Shown here: piece by piece, positions 40,450 to 51,929 of the stretch
Position numbering within the stretch: the first letter of the stretch is position 1
Layout: every line of letters begins with the position of its first letter
Assembly: GCA_965655095.1 (NCBI GenBank)
Contig: OZ296659.1
Location: forward strand, 34,844,001-34,908,000
Source: Haplodiscus bocki
Taxonomy: Eukaryota
Direction: 5' to 3'
Length of the DNA: 64,000 nucleotides
Position numbers and translations under genes: made by a program
Notes under the pieces: model-generated
The model's database searches: none
Told to the model about the DNA's origin: nothing
Seen by the model: the letters and a program-made list of their open reading frames with translations, nothing else

Positions 40450-43100
40450 TCAAATAACTCATCCGAATGAGTTCAATTGTATGAAGGTGTTTCACAAGTA
40501 ACTATTCTTGGAAACGTAAAACAGTGACAAGCAGTAAACTTAAGCACTCCACGCAAGAAAATCAATATTGGCATCCGCGGGGTGACCAACAGCAAATAAA
40601 TTTCCAACACAGCATCTACAAAATAGTTGATGTTCCAAGAAATTGAAGACAAAAAATGACCTAAACAACTAGCATTGAAGAACACAATACCCACAAAACT
40701 CCACCAACACTGCTCTTCAACACAGAAAGCAGAATTAGCAAAAATCTGATCTTCAATCCCATCAAAAATCTGAAGGATTTCCACAACCTCAAAATTTTAT
40801 ATCAACCCCGAACTAACAAAAGAGGAAACTGAGAAAAAAAACGAATGTATAAAGAAGACGCGAGAGATAATCAGCAAAGAATAAGAACTGTAAAACATCA
40901 GACTTCGCTATCCCACGATAAAATTGAAAAAAGATCATGAATAGATAAAGTCGAGCGTTCAAAGGTTCTGCGAGCAATCAAACCTTCACAGCACAGGCAA
41001 CTGCAGATAAATGACTAACCATGCAGCTGCTAAATTTGAACACTAGAAGTCTTCTGGATAACAACAGACGAAATAAACTTCGAAACGGTGTCGCGACATC
41101 GGAATATGACATAATCTGCCTTGGTGAAACGTAGGCCACAGTATATATCACGAGCGCCCCACTTTTCCTTGAAATCAACCCGCCTACGCAAACTATTGGA
41201 AAACATAAAATGAGACGATGAAACTCAATACACAAAGTCCATGTGCCACGGAAAACTTGGAAACCTCATCTTCAAAGAACGTCACAGATTCCTGAGCAAA
41301 TCTCTCAGATTCATCTACCAAGCGTGCTTGGTAAACAGAATCATCCCGGAAACAAGGAAGGAAGTTTTCACCCACTTTGAAAAGAGGCAGATCCGAGTTT
41401 CGCATAACTTACACATCAACGTAAAACTTAGAGAACAATTCGAACAAGTATAACTAATTTTCAAAGGTGCCACGGTACTACATAAATCACTGATTAAACA
41501 CTTAACCTCAGTTGAATCTTTACATAAATGAAACAAAAGAGCTCAAGCTGGAGAACGCCACGTGAAAAATCTTTTGAAACTACGCCAGAGCATATGAAAT
41601 ATTCGCTTTCTACAACAAGGCGAGAGCGGATGAACAATTTTGCAAGAAAGCGAAAATGCGTGTACAAAATCTAGAAACAAATGCGAGTTGTGGACGGATC
41701 AGAAAAAAACCTATGATACAAGGTTTGCTTGGGCAAGTGTAACACCGACCAAATTAGAGGATCGATAATTTGAAAAAATACAAATGGGAGTTTCCTACAA
41801 ACTTTTATTTTGTCCAAACTATGCAATATCATCAATACGCATTGAAACAATTTCGAATCCTCTGGCAAGGCGTTTAATTGGCTTCAATCAAAATGATGCA
41901 CCCTGAGAAAGACATATTGGAAAGGAAGCGCCACTGAAATGTTCTCGATATTCAAGTTGCAAGAAGGTATATTTCTCGCAAGAAGGAACACGTTCTTCCG
42001 AGAAATTTTTTTGAACAATTTATGATTGAGAAATGGACAGTTTTCATACGATGGTAAACAAAAGTGAGTTTTCGTTCGAAAATAAATCCACTTTCAAATA
42101 CTTTGGAGACCAATTTTCGACAGTTGGTTCTCCCTACGTAACTTTAGAGGATACGAGGAACAATTCCATGAAAGATATCTGCCAAAAAATTTTAGGGACA
42201 CAATTCCCGAAACCACACACATTTACAAGTTGAGAACGCTGCGACGAAAACGCGTATGAGGAGTCGTGAGCTGGTGGTTTATCAGCTTGAAGAAAGCAAC
42301 AAAGCAGACGTACGCTGCTGCCGACAGATCAGTCTCCTGTGCAGTTGTTCAAATGTAATTGAAAAGCACAGAGACCATGGACTCATAGTAACACGTAATC
42401 TCATGTGGAATGAAAACTGCGCAAAAAGAACAGCCAAAGCGACGGGTTCCTTGCCCAAATTAAAAGAAGCCTGAGTAAACACTGTTCCATTCACAAAAAA
42501 CTAAATGCGTACACAGAATATAAGGGGCCTATTGCAACATAGGCTTCTCAAACATGGTCGCCCAGTAAAGCCAACAAAGAACAACCTGAAACAAACGACT
42601 TGCAATCAAAGGGATCTTGGAGTCAGAAAAAAGCTATTAAGGAAGCCTGGCTGACACAAAAATCCTCCCTCTTAGTCTATGTTGCGATGCATGATCGCCT
42701 AATTATAGTAACAATACTTGAAAAACACTATCACATAAAACTTGAATAGCTTACCATCGAAGCATGCCACATGACGAAACGATTGGAAAGGTGCGATTTT
42801 CAAACTGCAAAGAGTCGATTACTCAAGACATACAATTTTTTAAGACGTTGGAAGCTGCTTTACATCTGTCGAAATCGCGCATGTCCAATATTTAACCCGT
42901 CACCTAACAAAGCGACCTCGACCGAAATCTATCATCAAAATTCAAGAAAGTGTATAATGAAGGAAGGAAATGTACATAGAAGCTATTATACAGACGCGGA
43001 AGCTGTATTATATACAACAAAATCGAAGAGTACTGTAAAATGGCGAAATTCCCTTGATCTCCTCTAAAAGCCAATCCTATTACTACAACTACTACTATTG
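40450..43100 (+). mobile_element. Decayed, internally deleted CR1/L2-group LINE
   Basis: ORF1 remnant (FYINPELTKEETEKKNECIKK), APE start (MQLLNLNTRSLLD...DIICLGET), RT C-terminal remnant (RDHGLIVTRNLMW), (TAC)n-like tail at ~43078-43099. Confidence 0.7.
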
Positions 43101-43149
43101 GTCATGTACACTATATTATACATATTAAGGATAATAAAAGATTTAGGAT

Positions 43150-44300
43150 GAAAATCTAACGGTTCACATTAAACCTAGTAAAAAAAGCTCAAAAGTCTGG
43201 TTCAGGTAACGAAGTTGAGTTTTTTTACATCTCTGCAGTTGCAATAGTTAAATAGGATACGCCAATTGCAAGTATTGGATTCGTCGTAACGGAGTCTGAA
43301 AAACTGTTTGTATTATTCAAGTAATTCGTTTTTGTGTTCAGGGTCCAGGAGAATGTCGTACTTGAAATGATCGGTCAAAAAGTTGGCCAGGCGGCACTGC
43401 TCGAAACCAGTAGTCTGTCTCGCATTTTTTCAGTCGAATCTGCTGGCGTAAAAAATCTGGCATCGTTTGCGTTCATCGATTTCCAACGTCAGTGATGTCA
43501 CGTGGTTTCGCCAATCAATGTCCACTTTTCCTGATAGAATCTTCCCAAACAGTAGGACAACATGAAGTTCTTGAAATAGCGACTAGGGAAGATTATCAAG
43601 TTTCAGTCGTTTGTCTTTGTGAGAGGTGACTGTTGCTTCCAGCCAAGATCCAGGACTCACCTTTTCGCTGTAAGCTATCAAGGATTGCAAAGTCACGTTT
43701 TGATGGCTTCCAGAGAAGAGCCACAGCCAAGAATTGGTAATACGTAGGAAACATAAGTTTTTCCTAGTCAATAAAGTGGTTTTTGACAGATTCCGGTTGA
43801 GCATGACTAGAGCATTCAGAGCCTTTCCAGTTCTCTTTTCACCATTCGCGGTCCACGAGAGCGTTTCGCTGATTTGCACGCCTCGGTTTCCAATGATCTC
43901 AGTTGTCTCAAAGCGATAGTTGGACCAAGCGATTGGAGCCGGGCCTTTCATATATCGTTTTTGCTTTTTCTTAAGTTCATCGACATTAAGTTGTCTTAAA
44001 AACACCGCCAAATTTTCCTGACGTCTATGTTATGTATAACTGGCTTCCTACCAACAACTTTGTAGTCATCTGCGTAGCCAAATTTTTTGGACATTGCACA
44101 GGAGGACATCCAGTTGACATGCGACTTTGTCATTTATCCTCACTGTTTGTTACGGATTCGTGAGATGATTGCGTAGCAGTTTGAGAGTTTCCTCCAATTC
44201 CCACTTTTTCTAGTTTTTGTAGGATAGTTGGTTTTCGAGGGAAACTTTGTCGAATGCCTTCAGGCAATCGATGTAGAAAGTGTTCAGATATTATCCAGCA
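43150..44300 (-). mobile_element. 5'-truncated, decayed LINE of the same family
   Basis: DCLKAFDKV (~44245-44272), GYADDYKV (~44058-44082) and C-terminal TCNWRILFNYCNCR. Confidence 0.75.
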
Positions 44301-45761
44301 GCAACACGCATCACGCTAGCAACAAGTGAAGTACAAGGGGGGCAATAAGCGCCTGTTTTATTTCAACAAAATACAGTTCATCAAATTTGAATCGAAGTCC
44401 AGCACAATATTCTTCCTATCGCAAATCTCGTGAAACAATTTCTTCTAGAAATGAAGGTGATGTAATATTTAAGTTGATGGGACACGGCCGACTCCTGTTT
44501 AAGTTATGGGGACCCACACAACCAGTTAAAACATACACGGGTCAAAAAAACTTAAACAGGTGTCGGTCAGGTCCGCTTTTCTATCTCCATAAAAAAATTG
44601 TTATTAAATTAGGAGAGGTGCAACAGGAAGAAAATTCAGCAGGACTTTCAAATTAGATGACGATGCGTACCAGTAGACTTTTCGTATTCATGCTTACACT
44701 GTTGGAACAAGAAATTCGTTTTTTCACCCATATCGGAAAATTTATTCGATACTTACCTAAATGTGACGATGGTCCGATGTATCTCGTCTGAGGGTCTCTG
44801 CTAGGCAGGCCAACCGACTCAGGTTTGAAAGAATCTCTAACGACTAGGTTCCAATCGCTAGCATACATATCTAAACTCATCGTTGAAATATATTTGTCTC
44901 TTGCTGCAAGATTTAATGACGATGTTCCTTGTGACAATTTCGTTGAACGGTTACCCATGATCTCACCTGAAAACAACATTGTCAAACTCAGCTGGGGAAC
45001 CCTTGTAGTGAACTATCTGGAATGATTAGTTTAGCTGAACTAACGCCCTAAAGGGCTAAAAAGGATGAAACTTTACCTCTCAAGACAGGTGGTGTTCCGA
45101 TCTCGACATATTGAACAAATCTGATAATTAGTTTCGCGGCTGTAACTAGGAACCTCATCATGAAACTAGAAAACTAAAATGGGAAAACTCTATCTCTGTA
45201 TTGCCACATTCTATCACTCTTTATTTTTAAAATGTGGCTTCCTAGACCCGTCAAAACCGGGGTGGAGTTCTAGACGAATGCCTCCTGAAACGAAGTGTTA
45301 GTGGTTTCACAAAATCAAACTCGATGAATTACTAAATTATGTGATAAGGAATAACCAAACAACAGCCTTAACATAAATTCAGCAACGCTATGTGGTTGCC
45401 TCCATTTGTGTTGAAGTAAGTGTAGAAGTAAAGTTTAGAATTTTGCATTTTTTTCGAAGCAGCTGCCGCTATCCATTCGCGGTAAAAAACTGGCTTCATA
45501 CGTCAAAAAATTCGCAAGAAACTCGTAGATAAAACATTGACCACTGCCTGATTAAATTGCACATTTCGACAAGCGGGAAACTGTCCGATACCGACTAATG
45601 ACAAATGAGCAACTTGTGGACATCCTGTCTATAAAAAGATAATGAACAACAAAGTGAATGGGACTTTTTATCTGTTCATCTGTTCAGTACTGTGAGCAGG
45701 TAGTCCTCTATTCACAGCTCCCAATGCTAGTGACTTCTTTCACTGCAAGTGTTACTGGACC

Positions 45762-48620
45762 TCACTGCAACGTCATCTGAGTTGGTCTCAACATGAATTT
45801 TCTTTTCTTCCAGCACTTGTCCAGCCTTGATTTGAATGTAGTGGTGTTAACGGATTCGATAACCTCCCTAGGGAGGTTGTTCCACTCTTTCACCACCCTC
45901 TGTGTGAAGAAATGCTTCCTAAGGCTAGTTCGAATTTTATTCATTTTCAGCTTCAATGCGTGGCCTCTGGTCCTATTGTGCCCCTCACGGGTCAGCAGAT
46001 TTGTCGTCACAGATTGATCGTACCCAGAGTTGTTGGTAAGCATTTTGAAGACTTCAATCATATCTCCTCTCAAGCGTCTATATGCTAAGGTTGGCATGTC
46101 AAGTTTTTTCAGTCTCTCTTCGTAAGATAGGTCTTTTAACTCATGTACACGTTTTGAAGCCCTTCTTTGCACATTCTCGAGGTTTTGGAGTTTGACTGAC
46201 GTGCGGTTCCATACAGAAGTGGCGTACTCTAGGTGCGGTCTAACAATGCCTCGGAAGAGGAACCTGAACTTCAAAATATCCAATTGAAAGGTCCGTTTGA
46301 TGAGGCCAACCAATCGATTGGCTTTATTGACTTTATCACAATGTGTTTTTCGAATTTCAGGTCTGAGTCAAATGTCACTCCTAAGTCCGTCTCAGTATTA
46401 TCGCTTGAGATCGGTAGTAGTTTCCCTAGCTCGGCGTAGGACTCTCGTTCAAGATTCTTGGCTCTTCCAAACTTTAGGAGCTTTGCCTTTTTTGGATGAA
46501 ACGGCAGTAGCCATTTTTTGCTCCTATCTTCAAGCCTGTAGAGGTCATTTCGAAGCGATTCACCATCTTCCTTACAGTTCACCTCTTGGTAGACCTTTGT
46601 ATCATCTGCGAACATCCATGCTTCATTCTCAACAGCTGCAGGTAGGTCGTTTATGAAGACCACGAAAAGAAGTGGCCCTAGAACGCTTCCTTGCGGGACT
46701 CCACTCAAGACTAGAATTTTGGACGATTTTTGACCGTTGACAGCCACATGTTGTTTCCTGTTTGTTAAAAAAGTTTCTATCCATCGGTATAACTTTCCTC
46801 GAATTCCGTATGACCAGATCTTTGCCATCAGTCTCCTATATGGAACCTTATCAAAGGCTTTTTGGAAGTCACAATAAACGCAGTCAATGCCTCCTCCTCT
46901 ATCAAGAATCTGTGTCCACTCTTCTAAGACTTTCAGCACTTCTATACTCGTCGATCTTCCTTTCACGAAGCCATATTGTCTATCTGAAATCAAGTTGTTC
47001 GACGTCATGTGGGAAATGATATCATCTCTGATAAGGCTTTCTAGTACTTTACATGCGATGCATGTTAGGCTGACCGGTCGATAGTTCTCCACTTTCTTTT
47101 TGTCACCTTTCTTGAAGAGTGCTGTCACTCTCGCCTCCTTCCAGTCCTCGGGTAGCTCGCTTTCAGCAATGGTGCTTGAAAAAATGATCTGCAGTGGTTC
47201 AGTCAAAACTTCTGGCAGTTCGGCAAGCACATGAGGATGGATTTCGTCAAAGCCCGGTGACTTTGTCCTGTTTATTTCCGCCGACTTCTTTCTGATGGCT
47301 GATTCAGTTATGAGGGACTCCTCAATGTATGAGTCGACAACAAATTCGTCAATTTCCGGGGGAGGGGTTTTCTCTTCTACAAAAACACTGCTGAAGTAGG
47401 TATTCAAGACTTCAGCCTTTCTGGTGTCTGAGGATACTACCTCTCCGTCTTCCAAGACGAGGTCACTTATGCCAGTTCTGGCTTTAACTTTTGAGTTCAC
47501 AAAGGTCCAAAATCTCTTCGGGTTTCGTTTTGCTTCCCGGGCAGTTTCGTCTTCAATTTCTCTAGCTTTGGACCTTGTTCGACTCCGGATGTAATTTCTC
47601 GCTCTGCAGAACTCGTTGTAAGCTGTTTTTGTTTTGACTCTGAGGTATTTTCTCCAGAGGCTGTTCTTCATTCGGATTTGTTGTAAAAGGTCTTTATCCA
47701 AGGGAACCGAAAACTGTTTTGTGGATCCGGAAATGGCTTTTGGCACAAACTTTTCTACTGCTGCACTGATTCTTTCTTTTACAAGATTCCATGCTTCGTT
47801 GACACTTGGGGCAGTAGAGACTACATCAACCCAGTGGTTGTTTGACAGTACCTCGCGCATGCCTTCGTAGTCTCCCTTAGCATACTTCCATCTTGTGCCT
47901 TTTTTGCAGCGTGTTCTTTCCACCTGGGAGAGTTCGAAAGAAATCACCGAATGGTCACTCTTTCCAAAAGGAGCTTGGCACTGCATGTCGTCGATCTCTG
48001 TATCTGCATCCGTGAAGACAAGATCAAGAATGCTAGGGTCATCCGATCCTCTGCCTCTTGTTGCAAATGGGACGTGTTGGTGCCAGAAGCAGTCCCTTAC
48101 CAATTCAGTGAATGAGTGCTCGTTACTGTTCTCACTAAGCGGTGTCCAGTTCAAGGACCAATCAATTTTCGGGAAGTTGAAATCTCCTACGATAACTTCG
48201 TGCGTGAAATTCATGTGTGATACGGCTCTAAGAGTGTTCATTAAGGCCTGTTGCTCTTGGGTATCTGAATTCCAGTGACGATAGACGCACCCGAACAAGA
48301 TTTTTTCTTTTTTTTCCGTTACAAAGTTGAACAAGAATAGTGTCTTCTGGGCATCCGTTGATCTCAACTCGACTAGACTGAAGCCCAATATCCTGCCTAA
48401 CGTATACTATTGTACCTCGATGTTCCTTGTTGTTAATTTGTTTGCTGTAGAATGCGTCATATCCTTCAAAAGCGATATCTGCTTCCTCCAACACAAAGCC
48501 ATGCTTTTTTGGTTTTAATTCCATCAGGCCGAAAACATCCGGCTTCTCACTTACTAGCCTTGCACTGATTTCCTCCTTTTTGTTTGTCATCGCATCAGTA
48601 TTGGAAAAAAGAAACTTCAA
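45762..48620 (-). pseudogene. CR1 ORF2 (APE endonuclease + reverse transcriptase), two frameshifts
   Basis: IVGDFNFP, LDLVFT, SDH (APE); NYRPVSLT, DFQKAFDKV, GVPQGSVLGPLLF, FADDTK (RT); C-terminal RTRGH...FF.QRVV..WN.LP. Frameshifts near 48380 and 46300. Confidence 0.95.
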
Positions 48621-49700
48621 GGATTGTCGACGAAGGCATCGTCTAGGCTCTCCGCTGACAGTTTCACTTTCCGCTTCAGTTTCTGTACCTCTAGTCTGTT
48701 CGGAGGTCCTCTCATTCTGTACATGTAGTTTTTTGCATTCTCTCCATCTTTGTTTTTGGCCTCTTCAATTTTTAACTTGATCTGCTTCCTCAGATCTTGC
48801 GAGAGGTCGTATGAAACGCTGATTGAAGCGAATGATTTGTCTGCTGCTCTCAACTTTCTCAAATTTCTGAAAAGTATGTCCCGATCCTCCTTGGAAGGCA
48901 ATACAATCTTCAGTGGTCTTGAACTCACTCGTTCTGCAGTAGTACCGTCGCTGTCCTTTGATGATTTCTTTGCTCCAAGTCTGATTGTTTTTGTTGGTTT
49001 GAGGTCACCAATACCTAGTACGTCTTCGGTGAGCTGTTTGAAAAATTTGAAGTCATCTCCAGCTCTCGCACTGGCCTCCGATTTGTCACTCTCAGGTACT
49101 CGATGAAGGATGACGTTTTTTTCCCGTTTTTTGTTGATCTGCTTGTTCCAGTCTTTCGTTCTCAATCGTCTCTTTCACGATGGTTCCCAAATTTTTCACC
49201 AAGGGAGCATTCCGTTGGGTAACTTCGGATCAGCTCTATGCGCTTTTTCGGTCTTCTGAAAGTAAGTTTTCAAGTCTAGCTTCAAGGTTTTGTTGGAAAA
49301 GTGACAGTTTATCTTCAATCAGCTTCGTGTTGCTGTCTCTAATCTCATCGAGTTTGTCTTGCATGACCTTTGCAATAATCGTTTCCTGCGCCTTAGCGTC
49401 AATTTGCTTCTCGTCTTTCAACAACCGTTCCATACCCTTCGTTTCGCAAAATTTGCCCAGCCACACCAGTTCAGAGGTTTTTGACATGGCCATCAAGATG
49501 CTTGATGGTAATCTTGAGCAGCTACCTGCGTGGTACCATGAATTGCACAGAATACATGCTACCGAGCCGTCTTTACATTCACCTGCGCATGCACCACAAG
49601 GGTACTTGGTCGAAGTCAATCTCGTATTGTGGTTATGACTCATGATGTTTGGCATATTAAGGCGGAGGTCAGAATTGCTAGGAGATTCTTCTCGCGCCAA
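48617..49700 (-). pseudogene. CR1 ORF1 (PHD finger, coiled coil, RRM-like region), disrupted
   Basis: CGAC...VACILCNSWYHAGSC...WLGKFC; REKNVILHRVPES...RLG...RPLKIVL...DLS. Two stops near 49230-49238 and a frameshift in an A-run near 49130. Confidence 0.85.
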
Positions 49701-49807
49701 CAGAGATCAGGAACCCGAGGCACTGAGCAAGCTCGCGCCAACAGAGATCAGATCCGAGGCACTGAGCAAGCTCGCGCCAACAGAGATCCTTCTCTCGAGG
49801 CACTGAG
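49691..49807. repeat. Three ~39-41 bp tandem monomers in the CR1 5' UTR
   Basis: CTCGCGCCAACAGAGATC...CGAGGCACTGAG repeated three times. Confidence 0.9.
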
Positions 49808-49868
49808 GAGATCAGAGAGCTCGAATTAGAGGACTACCTGCGTTTCTTTTCTGGAAGCGTTGTCGCTC

Positions 49869-50425
49869 TCACTGATTTGGCCGGTTGTTCTTTTTCTTCT
49901 TCACCTGTTGGGCAACTGTGATGTTGGATGATAGCACTTCTTTAATATGGTCTGTAACGGCTTGCAATACCTTCAATTCCGTTGTAACTTTTGGATGGAC
50001 TTTTCGGAGGTCAAATTCGAATTCTTTGTCCGTCAAGTCAACCTTCGATTCGATGTCGATGATGTCAATGCCGGTTTCTTTGAGTGCTGTCAACACGTTA
50101 TCAGTGTCGTTTCGTTGTATGTAAACTATTGCTGTGATGCGAGATCTCAGCGATACTAAGGTTTGGATAAACTCTACAATGGGACACGGTTGGAAGTCAT
50201 TTTTTTTTCGTGGCTGTTGATTGTATTATTGACAGCGTCGTGCCAGATAACCAATCCACTTGCTCCAGTAAGTTCTCCTTGGAGCCACTCTTGGGCAAGT
50301 TTGCACTTGCTTCGAGGGTTGAAGGAAAGGCCTCCCTCGGCGTCGATGCGACTGAAAAGAGTCTTTGATCGAAAAGCTGTCTTTCAGTTTCTCAAAGAGC
50401 TGGCACCAATCAGTCTAAACACCAT
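49869..50425 (-). pseudogene. SGNH-hydrolase/esterase-like ORF, disrupted; probably transposon-derived
   Basis: Manual translation MVFRLIGASSL...GGLSFN...LVIWHDAVNNTI...AIVYIQR...DLRKVHP gives degenerate SGNH block I/II/III/V spacing; one TGA and one A-run frameshift. Confidence 0.5.
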
Positions 50426-50539
50426 AAGCAGACTTCACCCGTATACGGCTAGAGCGACGGGACTTGGGATAGAAGAATATGTCCACGCTCTAGCGCGCAA
50501 TTTATCTATAAACAAACAACGCGGTGAAAAAGGAAGGGA

Positions 50540-50740
50540 AAAATCTATTTAATAAGTTTATCACAACAATTAGGCTAGGAGTTATTGGTGGAACTGGCAA
50601 ACCTATTTATGTTATAGTAGGATTTCAACTAACAGATAGATTGAACAATCGAAAAATAAAGAACGACAGCTTTTTTAGACTGCCAGATACTTTTGCTCTT
50701 ACTACAATTTGTCGGACAAAATTGTTCTATCACCTTTAGA
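50540..50740 (+). pseudogene. Polinton double-jelly-roll major capsid protein fragment
   Basis: KPIYVIVGFQLTDRLNN...DSFFRLP resembles the recalled P-x-Y-I-I-V-G-F-Q motif of Polinton capsids; adjacent to pPolB. Confidence 0.5.
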
Positions 50741-51188
50741 AAACATTTTTTCTCGCCTAATTATCCAACTAAAACTCCTTATTTAAATTTCAGTTTCAGT
50801 TTCTTTTCGCCAATAAAAAATTGGTAAACATATCCTTCACTCTTTTTTAAACAGGCTGAGATTGGTGTTGAAAACGTTTTTATCCCGCGAAAAGCGGGAT
50901 ATTGCAATCACCTTCGTTTGTCTGTCTGTTTGTTTGTTTGTTTGTTTGTTAGCAGGATTTCTCAAAAACGACTGGTCGGATTTTGATGAAATTTGGTGAG
51001 TAGGGAGGTAATGATCATAGGAAGACCGAGTTCAAAGTTGGCCGTGATCCGGATTGAAATACGGATCTGAGATCCGAATAACTGTTTCTCATGAACTACT
51101 GGTCGGATTTTTGGATTAGGATTTCAATCAGATCCAGGATAATAGTAATCTGATAATAGTAATCTGATAAGAGTAATCAGCTGAGTAC

Positions 51189-51262
51189 GGCCCTAAAGCT
51201 CAATCGGTAAGAGAACTGTGCTAAAAACGCGAGGGTCGAGTGTTCGAACCTCTGTGTGGCCA
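51189..51262 (+). pseudogene. tRNA-Ile(AAT)-derived sequence, copy 1
   Basis: GGCCC..AGCTCA..GGT..AGAG..GTGCTAAAAACG..GGTCG..GTTCGAACC..GGCCA; anticodon reads AAA, stems mismatched. Confidence 0.7.
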
Positions 51263-51316
51263 AAAATTTTTGTTAATCTGATAATAGTAATCTGATAATA
51301 GTTATCCGATAAGTAC

Positions 51317-51390
51317 GGCCCTATAGCTCAGTCGGTAAGAGCATTGTGCTAAAAACGGGAAGGTCGAGAGTTCGGACCTCTGTGTGGACA
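51317..51390 (+). pseudogene. tRNA-Ile(AAT)-derived sequence, copy 2
   Basis: Intact A box TAGCTCAGTCGG and near-intact B box GTTCGGACC; imperfect acceptor and anticodon stems. Confidence 0.7.
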
Positions 51391-51929
51391 AAAATTTTTT
51401 GTTTGTCTGTTTGTTTGTTTGTTTGGCGAGGGAAAGGTCAAGGGCTTTCGCGGGATCTGCGCTCTCCGAGTGCCATTTTCTAGTTTCATTTTGTTTTGTT
51501 ACTGCGTCTCTCATCTATCCAAGTATGATTACTTTTTTCAAATACAGGCTTTTTAATGGACATCTGTAACGGTCTGATTAAATCTTCCATCAAATACATC
51601 AATGCTCTTTTTGATGTATAACGACTTTATCGTTTAATTTTGTTTTTTCAGCAAATAGGTAAAACTGTTTATATATAATCTTTTTTTCATCATCAGTCTC
51701 AATTAATTTTGGAGTTCTTTTTGAGGTTTTAGCGATTTTTCCATTAGAATAACTTATTGTTTGAGCAAATATATTTTTTATTGCAACAGTCCAACTGAAA
51801 ATTAAGAATTTATCGATTCATACTGAAATATAAACAAAGCTTTTGTTTTTTTGGGCCATAATCAACCAGCGCCTAATAAATTGAAGCTTTGTGCATCATC
51901 ACTGTAAGATACCTCATTTTCGTTAGTAG

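Larger units (their letters stand above)
45671..49841 (-). mobile_element. Full-length CR1-clade non-LTR retrotransposon, recently inactivated
   Basis: 5' UTR tandem repeats, PHD-finger ORF1, APE+RT ORF2, 3' stem-loop and (TGAACAGA)2 tail; a few stops and frameshifts. Confidence 0.92.
50877..51484 (+). mobile_element. Non-autonomous Helentron (HINE/DINE-1-like) inserted in the Polinton relic
   Basis: T-run, 5' subTIR plus hairpin ATCCCGC-GAAAA-GCGGGAT, (GTYT)n microsatellite, central tandem repeats, 3' subTIR CTTTCGCGGGAT, stem-loop GCGCTC-TCC-GAGTGC, ends CTAG-TTT. Confidence 0.8.

Noticed and set aside
45655-49860. Target-site duplication around the CR1
   Set aside because: Only a short AAAAG similarity is present, which is not convincing in AT-rich DNA.
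51189-51390. Two functional tRNA genes with an AAA anticodon
   Set aside because: Acceptor and anticodon stems are mismatched, the body is Ile(AAT)-like, and they are embedded in a transposon repeat.
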